DNA from: Malacoraja senta
Taxonomy: Eukaryota
DNA length: 64,000 bases
Direction of reading: 5' to 3'
Assembly (NCBI GenBank): GCA_038087875.1
Contig: JAXLNO010000051.1
Span: 620,001-684,000 of the forward strand
The first letter of the stretch is position 1. Each line of letters begins with the position of its first letter. Below the pieces are notes generated by a model. It did not search any database and was not told the origin of the DNA. It saw nothing but the letters and a program-made list of their open reading frames with translations. This document shows, in pieces, positions 25,101-40,630 of this stretch. The translations under genes and the position numbers were made by a program.

Positions 25101-26025
25101 AAATTTCAGCACACAAAAAGCGACTTAAATTCAGCATGCGAAACGCGATGAAATTACAGGACACATAAAGCGACGAAATTTCAGAACATGATAAGCGACG
25201 AAATTTCAGCACACGGAAAGCGACGAAAATTCAGCATTCGAAACGCGACGAAATTACAGGACACATAAAGCGACGAAATTTCAGAACATGAAAAGTGACG
25301 AAACTTCAGCATGTGAAAAGCGACGAGCCTTCAAGACGCGAAAAGCAATGAAAATGAAGCATGCAAAAAGCGACACAAATTCAGCACGCGAAAAGCAACG
25401 TAATATCAGGACGAATAAAGCGACAAATTTCAGGACGTGAAAGGCGACGAAATTTCAGGACATGAAAGGAGACGAAATTTCAGGATGTGAAAAGCGACGA
25501 AAATTAAGCACGCAAAAAGCGACAAAAATTAATAACGCGAAGTGACGAAATTTCAGGACGTGAAAAGCGACGAAATTTCAGCATAATAAAAGCGACGAAA
25601 ATTCAGCATGCAAAAAGCTACAAAAATTCAGCACGCGAAAAGCGACGTAATATCAGGACGAATAAGTCGACGAAAATTCAGCACACGAAAAGTGACGATC
25701 CTTCAGGACGTGAAAAGCGACGATCCCTCAGGACGTGAAAAGCGACGAAAATACAGGACGCATAAATCGACGAAATTTCAGAACGTGAAAAGCGACGAAA
25801 TTTCAGCACACGAAAAGCGACGAAAATTCAGCATGCGAAATGTGACGAACCTTCAATTCGCAAAAGGCGACGAAAATTAAAAATGTCAAAAGTGACATAA
25901 ATTCAAGATGCGAAATGCGACAAAAGTTCAGGATGCATGAAGCGACAAAATTTCAGGAGACGAAAAGCGACAAAATCTCAGTACACGAAAAGTGACGAAC
26001 CTTCAGGACGTGAAAAGCGACGAAA
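19174..26025 (+). repeat. Homogeneous higher-order repeat: one 1526-bp unit followed by three about 1773-bp units (about 71 monomers)
   Basis: Landmark gaaaattgacgaaacatcagg at 19174, 20700, 22473 and 24246. Near-identical ORFs at 21001/22774/24547 and 20289/22062/23835/25608 are spaced 1773 bp apart. Confidence 0.93.
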
Positions 26026-29000
26026 ATTCAGCACGCGAAAAGCAACGAAAATTCTGCATGCGAAAAGCGACGAAAATTCACCATGTGAAAAGTGACGAAA
26101 ATTCAGCACGCGAAAAGTGATGATCCTTCGGGACGTGAAAAGCGACGAAATATCAGCACATGATAAGCGACGAAAATTCAGCACGCAAAAGGTGACGAAA
26201 CTTCAGAACATGAAAAGCGACAAAAATTAAGCACGGGAAAAGCAACGAAAATCAAGCACGTGAAAAGTGATGAAATTTCAGCACACAAAAAGTGACTAAA
26301 ATTCAGCATGCGAAAGGCGACGAAATTACAGGACACATAAAGCGACGAAAATTAAGCACGCGAAAAGCGATTATCCTTCAGGATGTGAAAAGCGAAGATC
26401 CTTCACTACGTGAAAAGCAACGAAAGTTCAGCCTGCCAAAAGTGACGAAATTTCAGGACGTGAAAAGCGACGAAATATCAGCACATAAAAAGCGCCGAAA
26501 TTTCAGCACACAAAACGCGACGAAAATTCATCTTGCGGAAAGCGACGAATCATCAGGAAACATAAAGCCATGAAATTTCAGAATGTGAAAAGCGGCGAAA
26601 TTTCAGAACGTGAAAAGCGGTGATATTTGAACACCCGAAAAGCGACGACATTCAGCATACGAAAATCAACGAAAACTCAGCATGCAAAAAGAGAGGAACC
26701 TTCAGGATGTTAAAACCAAGCGACGAAACATCAGGACGCATAAAGCGACGAAATTTCAGAACGTGAAAAGTGAAGAAAATTTAGCATGCGAAAAGCGATG
26801 AAAATTCAGCATGCAAAAAGCAACAAAAATTCAGCACGTGAAAAGCGACGTAATATCAGCACGAATAAACCAACGACATTTCAGGACGTGAAAGGCGACG
26901 AAATTTCAGGACTTGAAAGCCGACGAAATTTCAGCATGCGAAAAGTGACGAAAATTCAGCATGCAAAAAGCGACAACCATTCAGCACGCGAAAAGCGACA
27001 TAATATCAGGACGAATAAAGCGACGAAATTTCAGGACATGAAAGGCGACGAAATTTCAGGACACGAAAGGCGACGAAATTTCAGCACATGAAAAGCGACG
27101 AAAATTCAGCCTGTGAAAAGCAATGACAATTCAGCACGTTAAAATTGACGAACCTTCAGGACACGAAAAGCGACGATAATTCAGCACGTGAAAAGTGACG
27201 AAAATTCAGCATGCGGAAAGCGACAAATATCAGCCCGCCAATAGTGACGAAATTTCAGGACGTGAAAAGCGATGAAATATCAGCACAAGAAAAGCGACGA
27301 AAATTCAACACACAAAATGTGCTGAAATTTCAGAACATGAAATGCGACGAAAATTAAGCAAGCAAAAATCGATAAAAGTTCCGCACATCAAAAGTGACGA
27401 AATTTCAGGACATGAAAAGCAACGAAATATCAGCATGCGAAACGCGACGATATTACAGGACGCATAAAGCGACGAAATTTCAGAACATGAAAAGCGACGA
27501 AGTTTCAGCACCCGAAAAGTGCCGAAATTTTAGCACACAAAAAGCAACGAAAATTCAGTATGCGGAATGCGACGAAACATCATGATGCATAAAGCGACAA
27601 AATTTCAGAACGTGAAAAGCGGCGAAATATCAGAACATGAATAGTGGCGAAATTTCAACACCCAAAAAGCAACGTAAATTCAGCTTACGAAAAGTGACGA
27701 AAATTCAGCACTCCAAAAGAGAGGAACCTTCAGGACGTTAAAACCAAGCGACGAAACATCAGGACGAAGAAAGCGACGAAATTTCAGGATGTGAAAGCCG
27801 ATGAAATTTCAGGATGTGAAAGGCGACGAAATTTCAGGACATGAAAGGCGACGGAAGTTCTGCACGCGAAACGAGATGAAAATTCAGCCTGTGAAAAGCA
27901 ATGAAATTTCAGCACAAAATTGATGAACCTTCCGGATGTGAAAAGCGATGAAATATCAGCACACGAAAAGCGACAAAAATTCAGTATGCCAAAAGTGACG
28001 ACATTTCAGAACGTGAATAGCGACGAAATTTCGGGACGTGAAACGTGACGAAATTTCAGCACACGAAAAGTGACAAAAATCAGCATGCAGAAAGCAACGA
28101 AACATCAGGATGCATAAAGCGACGAAATTTCAGAACGTGAAAAGCAGCAAAATTTCAGCACATGAAAAGCAACGGAAATTCAGAATGCGAAAAGCGACGA
28201 AAATTCAGCACGAGAGGAACCTTCAGGATGTTAAAACCAACGAAAATTCAGCACGCGTAAAGTGACAAAAATTCAGCAAGCGTAAAGCGACAAACCTTCA
28301 TGAGGCGAAAAACGACGGAAATTACGCACGTGAAAAGTGACTAAATTTCAGAACGTGAAAAGCGACGGAAATTTAGCAAGCGAAAAGCGACGAAAATTTA
28401 GCACGCGAAAAGCGACGAAAATTCAGCATGCGAAACGCGACGAACCTTCAAGACGCGAAAAGCGATGAAAATGAAGCACGCAAACAGCGACGAAAATTCA
28501 GCTTGCAAAAAGCGATAACAATTCACCACGCGAAAAGCGACGTAATATCAGGACGAATAAAGCGACGAAATTTCAGGACATGAAAGGCGACGAAATTTCA
28601 GGACATGAAAGTTGACGATTTTTCAGCACGGGAAAAGCGACGAAACTTCAACCTGTGAAAAGCGATGAAAATTCAGCAAGTTAAAAGTGACAAACCTTCA
28701 GGACATGAAAAGCGACGATAAATCAGCACGTGAAAAGTGACGAAAATTCATCATGCCAAAAGCGACAACATTTCAGCACGCCAAAATTGACGAAATTTCA
28801 GGACGTGAAAAGTGATGAAATATCAGCACGCGACGAAAATTCAGCACGCAAAAAGTGACGAGATTTCAGAACATGAAAAACGACGAAAATTAAGCACGTG
28901 AAAAGCGACGAAAATTCAGCACGCGAAAAGTGACTACATTTTAGGACGGGAAAAGCGATGAAATTTCAGCATATTAAAAGCGACGAAAATTCACAATGGG

Positions 29001-30337
29001 AAAAGCGACGAAATTTCGGCACGTGAAAAGTGATGATCCTTCATGACGTGAAAGCGATGAAAATTCAGCACGCCAAAAGTGACGAAATTACAGGACGTGA
29101 AAAGCGACGAAATTTCAGCAGACGAAAAGCGACGAAATTTCAGCACACAAAAAGCGACGAAAATTCAGCATGTGAAAAGCGACGAAACATCAGGACGAAT
29201 AAAGTGATGAAACTTCAGGACACATAAAGCGACGAAATTCGGAACGTGAAAGGTGACGAAAATTTAGCACGCGAAAAGCGACAAAAATTCAGCATGCGAA
29301 ATGTGACGAGCCTTCAAGACGCGAAAAGCAATGAAAATTAAGAACACCAACAGCAACGAAAATTCAGCATGCAAAAAGCGACAAAAATTCACCAAACGAA
29401 AAGCGACGTAATATCAGGACGAATAAAGCGACGAAATTTCAGGACGTGAAAGGCGACGAAATTTCAGGACATGAAAGGCGACGAAATTTCAGCACGTGAA
29501 AAGTGACGAAATTTCAGGTCGTGAAAAGCGATGAAATATGAGCACACAAAAAGCGACGAAAATTCAGCACGCAAAAAGTGATGAAATTTCAGAACATGAA
29601 AAGCGATGAAAATTCAGCACGCCAAAAGTGATGAAATTTCAGGACGTGAAAAGCGACGAAATATCAGCACACGAAAAGTGACAAAATTTCGGCAGACAAA
29701 AAGCGGCGAAAATTAGTCATGCGAAAAGTGACGAGATTACAGGATGCATAAAGCGACGAAATTTCAGAACACGAAAAGCGACAACATTTCAGCAGACGAA
29801 AAGTGCTGGAAATTCAGCACACAAAAAGCGACGAAAACTCAGCATGCGAAAAGCGACGAACCTTCAAGACACTGAAAATGAAGCATGCAAAAAGCGACGA
29901 AAATTCAGCATGCAAAAAGCGACAAAAATTCAGCACGCGAAAAGTGACGTAATATCAGGACGAAGAAGGCGACGAAATTTCAGGACATGAAAGGCGACGA
30001 AATTTCAGGACATGAATGGCGATGAAATTTCAGGTCATGAAAGGCGACGAAATTTCAGCACTCGAAAAGCGACGAAAATTCAGCATGCGAAAAGCGATGA
30101 AAATTCAGCTTGTGAGAAGTGACGAAAATTCAGCCATGCGAAAAGCGACGAAATTACAGGACGCATAAAGCGATGAAATTTGAGAACGTGAAAAGCAACG
30201 ACATTTCAACACACGAAAAGCGATGAAAATTCAGCACGCGAAAAGTGATAAACCTTCAGGACGCAAAAGGCGACTAAAATTTAAAATGTCAAAAGCGACG
30301 TCAATTCAAGATGCGAAATGCAACAAAAGTTCAGGAT

Positions 30338-30791
30338 TCATATGAGGAAAGACTGGATAGACAGTTGGTACTCGCTAGAATTTAGAAGATTGAGGGGATC
30401 ATATAGAAACGTACAACATTCTTAAGGGGTTGGACAGGCTAGATGCCGGAAGAAGTTGGTGAAGTCCAGAACAAGAGGTCACAGTTTAAGGATCATGGGG
30501 AAATCTTTCAGGAACCGAGATAAGGAAAACATTTTTCACAGAGAGAGTGGTGAATTTTTGGAATTATCTGCCACAGAAGGTAGTTGAGGCCAGTTCATTG
30601 GCTATATTTAAGAGGGAGTTAGATGTGGCCCTTGTGGCTAAAGGGATCAGGGGGTATGGAGAGAAAGCAGGTATACGATACTGAGTTGGATGATCAGCCA
30701 CGATCATATCGAATGGCGGTGCAGGCTCGAAGGGCTTAATGGCCTATTCCTGCACCTATTTTCTATGTTTCTTTGTTTCTATGTTTCTATG
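30338..30791 (+). mobile_element. About 450-bp 5'-truncated CR1 fragment, copy 1 of 3
   Basis: ORF2 C-terminal sequence, hairpin and (TTCTATGT)n tail. Same flanks as the copies at 40175 and 54328. Confidence 0.93.
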
Positions 30792-33700
30792 AAGCGACAA
30801 CATTTCAGGAGACGAAAAGCGACAAAAGTACGGCACACGAAAAGTGATGAACCTTCATGACGTGAAAAGCGACGAAAATTCAGCATGCAAAAAGTGACGA
30901 AAATTCTGCACGCGAAAAGCGACGAAATTTCAGGACGTGAAAAGCAGACGAAATTTCAGCATACTAAAAGTGACGAAAATTCACCATGCGAAAAGCGACG
31001 AAAATTCAGCACGAGAAAAGTGGCGAAATTTCACGACATGAAAAGCGACGAAATTTCAGCATAATAAAAGCGACGAAAATTCACCATGTGAAAAGCGACG
31101 AAACTTCAGCACGTGAAAAGTGACGATCCTTCAGGACATGAAAAGCGACGAAATATCAGCACATGAAAAGCGACAAAATTTCAGCACACAAAAAGTGACA
31201 AAATTTCAACAAAGGAAAAGTGCCGAAATTTCAGCACACAAAATGCGACGAGAATTCAGCATGCGGAAAGCGATGAAACATCAGGACGCATAAAGCAACG
31301 AAATTTCAGAACGTGAAAAGGGGCAAAATTTCATAACGTGAAAAGCATCGAAATTTCAATACACGAAAAATCGACGAAAATTCACCATATGACAAGCGAC
31401 GAAAATTCAGCACGTGAAAAGAGAGGAACCTTCAGGATGTTAAAACCAACTAAAATTCAGCACGCGAAAAGTGACGTAATATCAGGACGAATAAAGCAAC
31501 GAAATTTCAGGACATGAAAGGCGACGAAATTTCAGGACATGAAAGGCGACGAAATTAAAAGCGACGAAAATTCAGCATGCGAAAAGCGACGAACCAAGAT
31601 GCGAAAAGCGATGAAAATGAAGCACACAAATAGCGATGAAAATTCAGCAAGCAAAAAGCGACAAAAATTCAGCACATGAAAAGCAACGTAATATCAGGAC
31701 GAATAAGGCGACGAAATTTCAGCACGCAAAAAGCGACGAAAATTCAGCATGCAAAAAGCGACGAACCTTCAAGACGCGAAAAGTGATGAAAATGAGACCC
31801 GCAAAAAGCAACGGAAATTCAGCATGCAAAAAGTGACAAAAATTCAGCACGTGAAAAGCAATGTAATATCAGGACGAATAAACCGACGAAATATCAGGAT
31901 GTGAAAGGCGAAGAAATGTCAGGACATGAAAGGCGACGAAATTTCAGCACGCAAAAAGCGACGAAAATTCAGCCTGTGTGAAGCAACGAAAATTCAGCCT
32001 GTGAAAAGCGATAAAAATTCAGCACATGAAAAGTGACGAACCTTCAGGATGCGAAAAGCGACGATAATTCAGCACTTGAACAATGACAAAAATTCAGCAC
32101 GCGAAAAGAGATGAACATTCAGCATGCGATAAGCAATGAAAATACAGGACGCATAAAGCGACGAAATTTCAGAACATAAAAAGCGACGAAATTTCAACAC
32201 ACGAAAAGCGACAAAAATTCAGCACGCGAATAGTAACGAACCTTCAGGACGCGAAAGGCGACGAAAATTTAAAATGTCAAACGCGACGTAAATTCAAGAT
32301 GCGAAATGCGACAAAAGTTCAGGATGCATGAAGCGACTAAATTTCAGGAGACTAAAAGCCACAAAATTTCGTCACACGAAAAGTGATGAACCTTCACGAC
32401 GTGAAAAGTGACGAAAATTCAGCACGAGAAAAGCGTTGAAAATTCTGCACGCGAAAAGCGACGAAATTTCAGGACGTGAAAAGAAACGAAATTTCAGCAT
32501 AATAAAAGTGACGAAAATTCACCACGCGAAAAGCGACGAAAATTCAGCACGAGAAAAGTGGCGAAATTTCAGGACGTGAAAAGCGACGAAATTTCAGCAT
32601 AATAAAAGCGACGAATATTCACCATGTGAAAAGCGACGAAAATTCAGCACGGGAAAAGTGATGATCCTTCAGGACATGAAAAGCGATGAAATATCAGCAC
32701 ACGATAAGTGACAAAAATTCAGCACGCAAAATGTGCCAAAAAATCAGCACACGGAAAGCGACGTAATATCAGGACAAATAAGGCGACGGAAATTCAGCAC
32801 GCGAAAAGCGACGATCCTTCAGGACGTGAAAAGCGACGATCCTTCAGGACGTGAAAAGCGACGAAAATTCAGCACGCCAAAAGTGACGGAATTTCAGTAG
32901 GTGAAAAGCAACAAAATATCAGCACACGAAAAGCACTTACATTTCAGCACACAAAAAGCGACTCAAATTCAGCATGTGAAACGCGACGAAATTACAGGAC
33001 GCATAAAGAGACGAAATTTCAGAACGTGAAAAGCGTCAAAATTTCAGAACGTGAAAAGCGGCGAAATTTCAACACACGAAAAGCGATGAAAATTCAGCAT
33101 ACGAAAAGCGACGAAAATTCAGCACACGAAAAGAGAGGAACCTTCAGGACGTTAAAACCAACTAAAATTCTGCACGCGTAAAGTGACAGAAATTCCGCAC
33201 GCCAAAAGTGATTAAATTTCAGAACGTGAAAAGTGACGACAATTTAGCACGCGAAAAGCGATGAAAATTCAGCATGCAAAACGCAACAAAAATTCAGCAC
33301 ACGAAAAGCGACGTAATATCAGGACGAATAAAGCGACGAAATTTCAGGACGTGGAAGGCAACGAAATTTCAGGACATGATAGACGACGAAATTTCAGCAC
33401 GCAAAATGCGACGAGAATTCAGCATGCGGAAAGCGACGAAACATCAGAACGCATAAAGCAACGAAATTTCAGAACGTGAAAAGCGGCGAAATTTCAGAAC
33501 GTGAAAAGCGGCGAAATTTCAACACACTAAAAATCGACGAAAATTCAGCATATGAAAAGCGACGAAAATTCAGCACGTGAAAAGAGAGGAACCTTCAGGA
33601 CGTTAAAACCAACTAAAATTCTGCACGCGTAAAGTGACGGAAATTCTGCACGCGAAAAGTGATTAAATTTCAGAACGTGAAAAGTGACGAAAATTTAGCA

Positions 33701-36700
33701 TGCAAAAAGCGATGAAAATTCAGCATGCAAAAAGCAACAAAAATTCAGCACGTGAAAAGCGACGTAATATCAGGACGAATAAAGCAACGCAACTTCAGGA
33801 CATGAAAGGCGACGAAATTTCAGGACATGAAAGGCGACGAAATTTCAGCATGCGAAAAGCGACGAAAATTCGGCATGCGAAAAGCGACGAACCTTCAAGA
33901 TGCGAAAAGCGATGAAAATGAAGCACACAAATAGCGACGAAAATTCAGCAAGCAAAAAACGACAAAAATTCAGCACGCGAATAGCGACGTAATATCAGGA
34001 CGAATAAGACGACGAAAATTCTGCATGCAAAAAGCGACGAACCTTCAAGACGCGAAAAGTGATGAAAATGAGACCCGCAAAAAGTAACGGAAATTCAGCA
34101 TGCAAAAAGCAACAAAAATTCAGCACGTGAAAAGCGACGTAATATCAGGACGAATAAACCGACGAAATATCAGGATGTGAAAGGCGACGAAATTACAGCA
34201 CGCGAAAAGCGACGAAAATTCAGCCTGTGAGAAGCGACGAAAATTCTGCCTGTGAAAAGCGATGAAAATTCAGCACATGAAAAGTGACGAACCTTCAGGA
34301 CGCGAAAAGCGACGATAATTCAGCACTTGAACAATGACCAAAATTCAGCACGCGAAAAGAGACGAACATTCAGCATGCGAAAAGCAACGAAATTACAGGA
34401 TGCATAAAGCGACGAAATTTCAGAACATGAAAAGCGACGAAATTTCAACACACGAAAAGCGAAGAAAATTCAGCACGCGAAAAGTGACGAACCTTCAGGA
34501 CGCGAAAGGCGACGAAAATTTAAAATGTCAAACGCGACGTAATTTCAAGATGCGAAATGCGACAAAAGTTCAGGATGCATGAAGCGACAAAATTTCAGGA
34601 GACTAAAAGCCACAAAATTTCGGCACACGAAAAGTGATGAACCTTCACGACGTGAAAAGCAACGAAAATTCAGCACGCGAAAAGCGTCGAAAATTCTGCA
34701 CGCGAAAAGCGACGAAATTTCAGGACGTGAAAAGCAACGAAATTTCAGCTTAATGAAAGCGACGAAAATTCACGATGCGAAAAGCGACGAAAATTCAGCA
34801 CGAGAAAAGTGGCGAAATTTCAGGACGTGAAAAGCAACGAAATTTCAGCATAATAAAAGCGACGAATATTCACCATGTGAAATGCGACGAAAATTCAGCA
34901 CGGGAAAAGTGACAATCCTTCAGGACATGAAAAGCGACGAAATATCAGCACACGAAAAGTGACAAAATTTCAGCACGCAAAAAGTGACGAAATTGCAGGG
35001 CGTGAAAAGCGACGAAATTTCAGCATACTAAACGCGACCAAAATTCAGCATGCAAAAAACGACAAAAAATCAGCACGCGAAAAGTGACGTAATATCAAGA
35101 CAAATAAGGCGACGGAAATTCAGCACGCAAAAAGCGACAATCCTTCAGTAGGTGAAAAGCGACGATCCTTCAGGACGTGAAAAGCGACGATCCTTCAGCA
35201 TGTGAAAACCGCCGAATATTCAGCATGCCAAAAGTGACGGAATTTCAGGAAGTGAAAAGCGACGAAATATCAGCACACGAAAAGCACTGACATTTCAGCA
35301 CACAAAAAGCAACTAAAATTCAGCATGTGAATCACGACGAAATTCCATGACGCATAAAGCGACGAAATTTCAGAACATGAAAAGTGATGAAATTTCAACA
35401 CAAGAAAAATGCTGAAATTTCAGTACACACAATGCGACGAAAATTCAGCATGCAGAAAGCGACGAAACATCAGGACGCATAAAGCGACGAAATTTCAGAA
35501 CGTGAAAAGCGTCAAAATTTCAGAACGTAAAAAGCGGCAAAATTTCAACACATGAAAAGCGACGAAAATTCAGCATAGGAAAAGCGACGAAAATTCAGCA
35601 CGCGAAAAGTGATGAACCTTCACGACATGAAAAGCGATGAAAATTCAGCACGCGGAAAGCGTCGAAAATTCTGCACACGAAAAGCGACGAAATTTCAGGA
35701 CGTGAAAAGCAACGAAATTTCAGCATAATAAAAGCGACGAATATTCACCATGTGAAAAGCGACGAAAATTCAGCACGGGAAAAGTGACGATCCTTCAGGA
35801 TATGAAAATCGACAAAATATCAGCACACGAAAAGCGACAAAAATTCAGCATGCAAAAAGTGACGAAATTTCAGGACGTGAAAAGCGACGAAATTTCAGCA
35901 TACTAAAAGCGACCAAAATTCAGCATGCAAAAAGCGACAAAAAATCAGCACGCAAAAAGCGACGTAATATCAGGACAAATAAGGCGACGGAAATTCAGCA
36001 TGCAAAAAGCGACGATCCTTCAGGACGTGAAAAGCAACGATCCTTCAGGACGTGAAACACGACGAAAATTCGGCACGCCAAAAGTGACAGAATTTCAGGG
36101 AGTGAAAAGCGACGAAATATCTGCACACGAAAAGCACTGACATTTCAGCACACAAAACGCGACTAAAATTCAGCATGAAATTAGATGACGCATAAAGCGA
36201 CGAAATTTCAGAACATGAAAAGTGATGAAATTTCAACACAAGAAAAATGCCGAAATTTCAGTACACACAATGCGACGAAAATTCAGCATGCGCAAAGCGA
36301 CGAAACATCAGGACGCATAAAGTGCCAAAATTTCAGAACGTGAAAAGCATCAAAATTTCAGAACGTGAAAAGCGGCGAAATTTCAACACGAAAAGCGACG
36401 AAAATTCAGCATACGAAAAGTGATGATAATTCAGCACGCGAAAAGAGAGGAACCTTCAGGACGTCAAAACCAACTAAAATTCTGCACGCATAAAGTGACA
36501 GAACTTCCGCACGCGAAAAGTGACTAAATTTCAGAACGCAAAAAGCGACGAAAATTTATCACGCGAAAAGCGACGTAATATCAGGATGAATAAAGCGACG
36601 AAATTTCAGGACGTGGAAGGCAACGAAATTTCAGGACATGAAAGACGCCGAAATTTCAGCACGCGAAAAGCGACGAAAATTCAGCCTGTGAATAGGGATG

Positions 36701-39700
36701 AAAAGTGATGGTAATTCAGCACGAGAAAAGTGACGAAAATTCAGCACGCAAACAGCGACAAAAATTCAGCAAGCCAAATGTGACGAAATTTCAGGACGTC
36801 AAATGTGACGAAATTTCAGCATTCTAAAAGTGACGAAAATTCACCATGCGAAAAGCGACGAAATTTCAGCAGGCCAAAAGAGAGGAACCTTCAGGACGTT
36901 AAAGCCAACGAAAACCGAGACGATCCTTCAGGATGTGAAAAGCATAGAAAATTCTACACAACAAAAGTGACGAAATTTCAGGACGAGAAAAGCGACAAAA
37001 TATCAGCACACGAAAAGCTCCGCAATTTCAGCACACAAAAAGCGATGAAAATTCAGCACGCTAAAAGTGACGAAATTACAGGACGTATAAAGCGACGAAA
37101 TTTCAGAACATCAAAAGCGACAAATTTTCAGCAGACGACAAGTGCCGAAATTTGAGCACACAAAAAGCAACGAAAATTCAGCAAGCGAAAAGCGACGAAA
37201 CATCAGGACGAATAAAGCAATGAAACACCAGGACGCATAAATCGACGAAATTTCAGAACGTGCGAACCGGCGAAATTTCAGAACGTGAAAATCGGCGACA
37301 TTTCAGCACATGAAAAGCGACGGAAATTCAGCATGCGGAAAGCGACGAAATTCAGCGGGCGAAAAGAGAGCAACCTTCAGGACGTTAAAACCATTGAAAA
37401 TTCAGCACACATAATGTGACAAAAATTCTGCACGCGTAAAGCGACAAACCATCAGGAGGCGAAAAGCGATGGAAATTCCGCACGCGAAAAGTGACTACAT
37501 TTCAGAACGTTAAAAGCGACAAAAATTTAGCACGCGAAAAGCGACGAAAATTAAGCATTCAAAAAGCGACGAAAATTCAGCATGCGAAAAGCAACAAACC
37601 TTCAAGACACGAAAAGCGATGAAAATGTAGTACACAAAAAGCGACGAAAATTCAGCATGCAAAATGTGACAAAATTTCAGCACGTGAAAAGCAACGTAAT
37701 ATCAGGACGAATAAGGCGAGGAAGATTCAGCATGCAAAAAGCAACGAACCTTCAGGACGTGAAAAGTGACGAAAATTCAGCACGCCACAAGCGAGGAAAT
37801 TTGAGAACATATAAAGCGACGAAATTTCAACACGAAAAGTGCCGAAATTTGAGCACACGAAAAGCGACGGAAATTCAGCATGCGGAAAGCGACGAAAATT
37901 TAGCCGGCGAAAAGAGAGCAACCTTCGGGACGTTAAAACCAATGAAAATTCAGCACACATAATGTGACATAAATTCTGCACACGTAAAGCGACAAACCTT
38001 CAGGAGGCGAAAAGCGATGGAAATTCCGCACGCGAAAAGTGACTACATTTCAGAACGTTAAAAGCAACGAAAATTTAGCACGCGAAAAGTGACGAAAATT
38101 AAGCATTCGAAAAGCAACCAAAACTCAGCATGCGAAAAGCGACAAACCTTCAAGACAAAAAAAGCGATGAAAATGTAGTAAGCAAAAAGCAACGAAAATT
38201 CAGCATGCAAAAAGTGCCAAAACTTCAGCACGTGAAAAGCGATGTAATATCAGGACGAATAAGGCGAGGAAGATTCAGCACGTGAAAAGTAACGATCCTT
38301 CAGGACATGAAAAGTGACGAAAATTCAGCACGCCAAAAGCGAGGAAATTTCAGAACATATAAAGCGACGAAATTTCAACATGAAAAGTGCAGAAATTTCA
38401 GCACACAAACGAAAAGCGACGAATATTCAGCATACAAAAAGTGACGAAAATTCAGCACGCGAAAAGAGAGGAACCTTCAGGACGTTAAAACCAATGAAAA
38501 TTCTGCAAACGTAAATTGACGAAAATTCAGCACGCGAAAAGCGACAAACCTTAAGGACGCGAAAAGCGATGGAAATTCCGCACGTGAAAACGTACTACAG
38601 TTCAGAACGTGAAAGGTGATGAAAATTCAGCATGCGAAAAGCGATGAAAATTCAGCATGCAAAAAGCAACAAAAATTCAGCATGCGAAAAGTGACGGACC
38701 TTCAAGACACGAAAAGCGATGAAAATTAAGCACACAAACAGCAACGAAAATTCAGCATGCAAAAAAAGACGTAATATCAGGAAGAATAAAGCGACGAAAA
38801 TTCACGACGTGAAAGGTGACCAAATTTCAGGACATGAAAGGCGACGAAATTTCTGCACGCGAAAAGCGACGAACATTTAGCCTGTGAAAAGCGATGAAAA
38901 TTCAGCATGTTAAAATTGACGAACCTTCAGGACACGAAAAGCGACAATAATTCAGCATGTGAAAAGTGACGAAAATTCAGCACACGAAAAGTGAAAAAAA
39001 TTCAGCCCGCCAAAGTGATGAAATTTCAGAACATGAAAAGCGACGAATTTTAAGCACGCAAAAAGCGACGAAAATTCAGCACGCGAATAGTGATGAAATT
39101 TCACGACGTGACAAGCGATGAAATATCAGCACACGAAAAGCGACGAAAATTCAGCACGCAAAAAGTGACGAAATTTCCGAACATGAAAAGCGACAAAAAT
39201 GAAGCACACCAAAATTGACGAAATTTCAGCACGCTAAAAGCGACGATCCTTCAGGACGTGAAATGCGACGAAAATTCAGCATGCCAAAAGTGATGAAATT
39301 TCAGGACGTGATAAGCGACGAAATATCAGCACACGAAAAGCGACGAAATTTCGGCAGACAAAAAGCGACGGAAATTCAGCATGCGAAAAGTGACGAAATT
39401 ACAGGATGCATAAAGCGACGAAATTTCAGAACACGAAAAGCGACGAAATTTCAGCAGACGAAAAGCGCCGGAATTTCAGCACACAAAAAGCGATGAAAAT
39501 TCAGCATGCGAAAATCGATGAAACATCAGGACGCAAAAAGGGACGAAATTTCAAAACGTGAAAAGCGACGAAAACTCAGCATGCGAAAAGCGACGAACCT
39601 TCAAGACGCTGAAAATGAAGCACGCAAAAAGCGACGAAAATTCAGCATGCAAAAAGCGACAAAATATCAGCACGCGAAAAGTGACGTAATATCAGGACGA

Positions 39701-40174
39701 AGAAGGCGACGAAATTTCAGGACGTGAATGGCGACGAAATTTCAGGACATGAAAGGCGATGAAATTTCAGGCCATGAAAGGCGACAAAATTTCAGCACGC
39801 GAAAAGCGACGAAAATTAAGCATGCGAAAAGCGACGAACCTTCAAGACGCGAAGAATGATGGAAATGAAGCCCGCAAAAAGCGACGGAAATTAAGCATGC
39901 AAAATGTGACAAAATTTCAGCACGCGAAAAGCGACGAAAATTCAGCTTGTGAGAAGCGACGAAAATTCAGCCATGCGAAAAGCGTCAAAATTACAGGACG
40001 CATAAAGCGATGAAATTTCAGAACGTGAAAAGCGACGAAATTTCAACACACGAAGAGCGATGAAAATTCAGCACGCGAAAAGTGATGAACCTTCAAGACG
40101 CAAAAGGCGACTAAAATTTAAAATGTCAAAAGCGACGTAAATTCAAGATGCGAAATGCGACAAAAGTTCAGGAT

Positions 40175-40630
40175 TCATATGAAGACTGACTGGATAGACT
40201 CAGTTGGTACTCGCTAGAATTTAGAAGATTGAGGGGGATCATATAGAAACGTACAACATTCTTAAGGGGTTGGACAGGCTAGATGCCGGAAGAAGTTGGT
40301 GAAGTCCAGAACAAGGGGTCACAGTTTAAGGATCAGGGGGAAATCTTTCAGGACCGAGATGAGGAAAACATTTTTCACACAGAGAGTGGTGAATTTTTGG
40401 AATTATCTGCCACAGAAGGTAGTTGAGGCCAGTTCATTGGCTATATTTAAGACGGAGTTAGATGTGGCCCTTGTGGCTAAAGGGATCAGGGGGTATGGAG
40501 AGAAAGCAGGTATACGATACTGAGTTGGATGATCAGCCACGATCATATCGAATGGCGGTGCAGGCTCGAAGGGCCGAATGGCCTATTCCTGCACCTATTT
40601 TCTATGTTTCTATGTTTCTATGTTTCTATG
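40175..40630 (+). mobile_element. About 450-bp 5'-truncated CR1 fragment, copy 2 of 3
   Basis: ORF 40296-40523 ([19 protein letters not shown]...) and (TTCTATGT)n tail. Confidence 0.93.
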
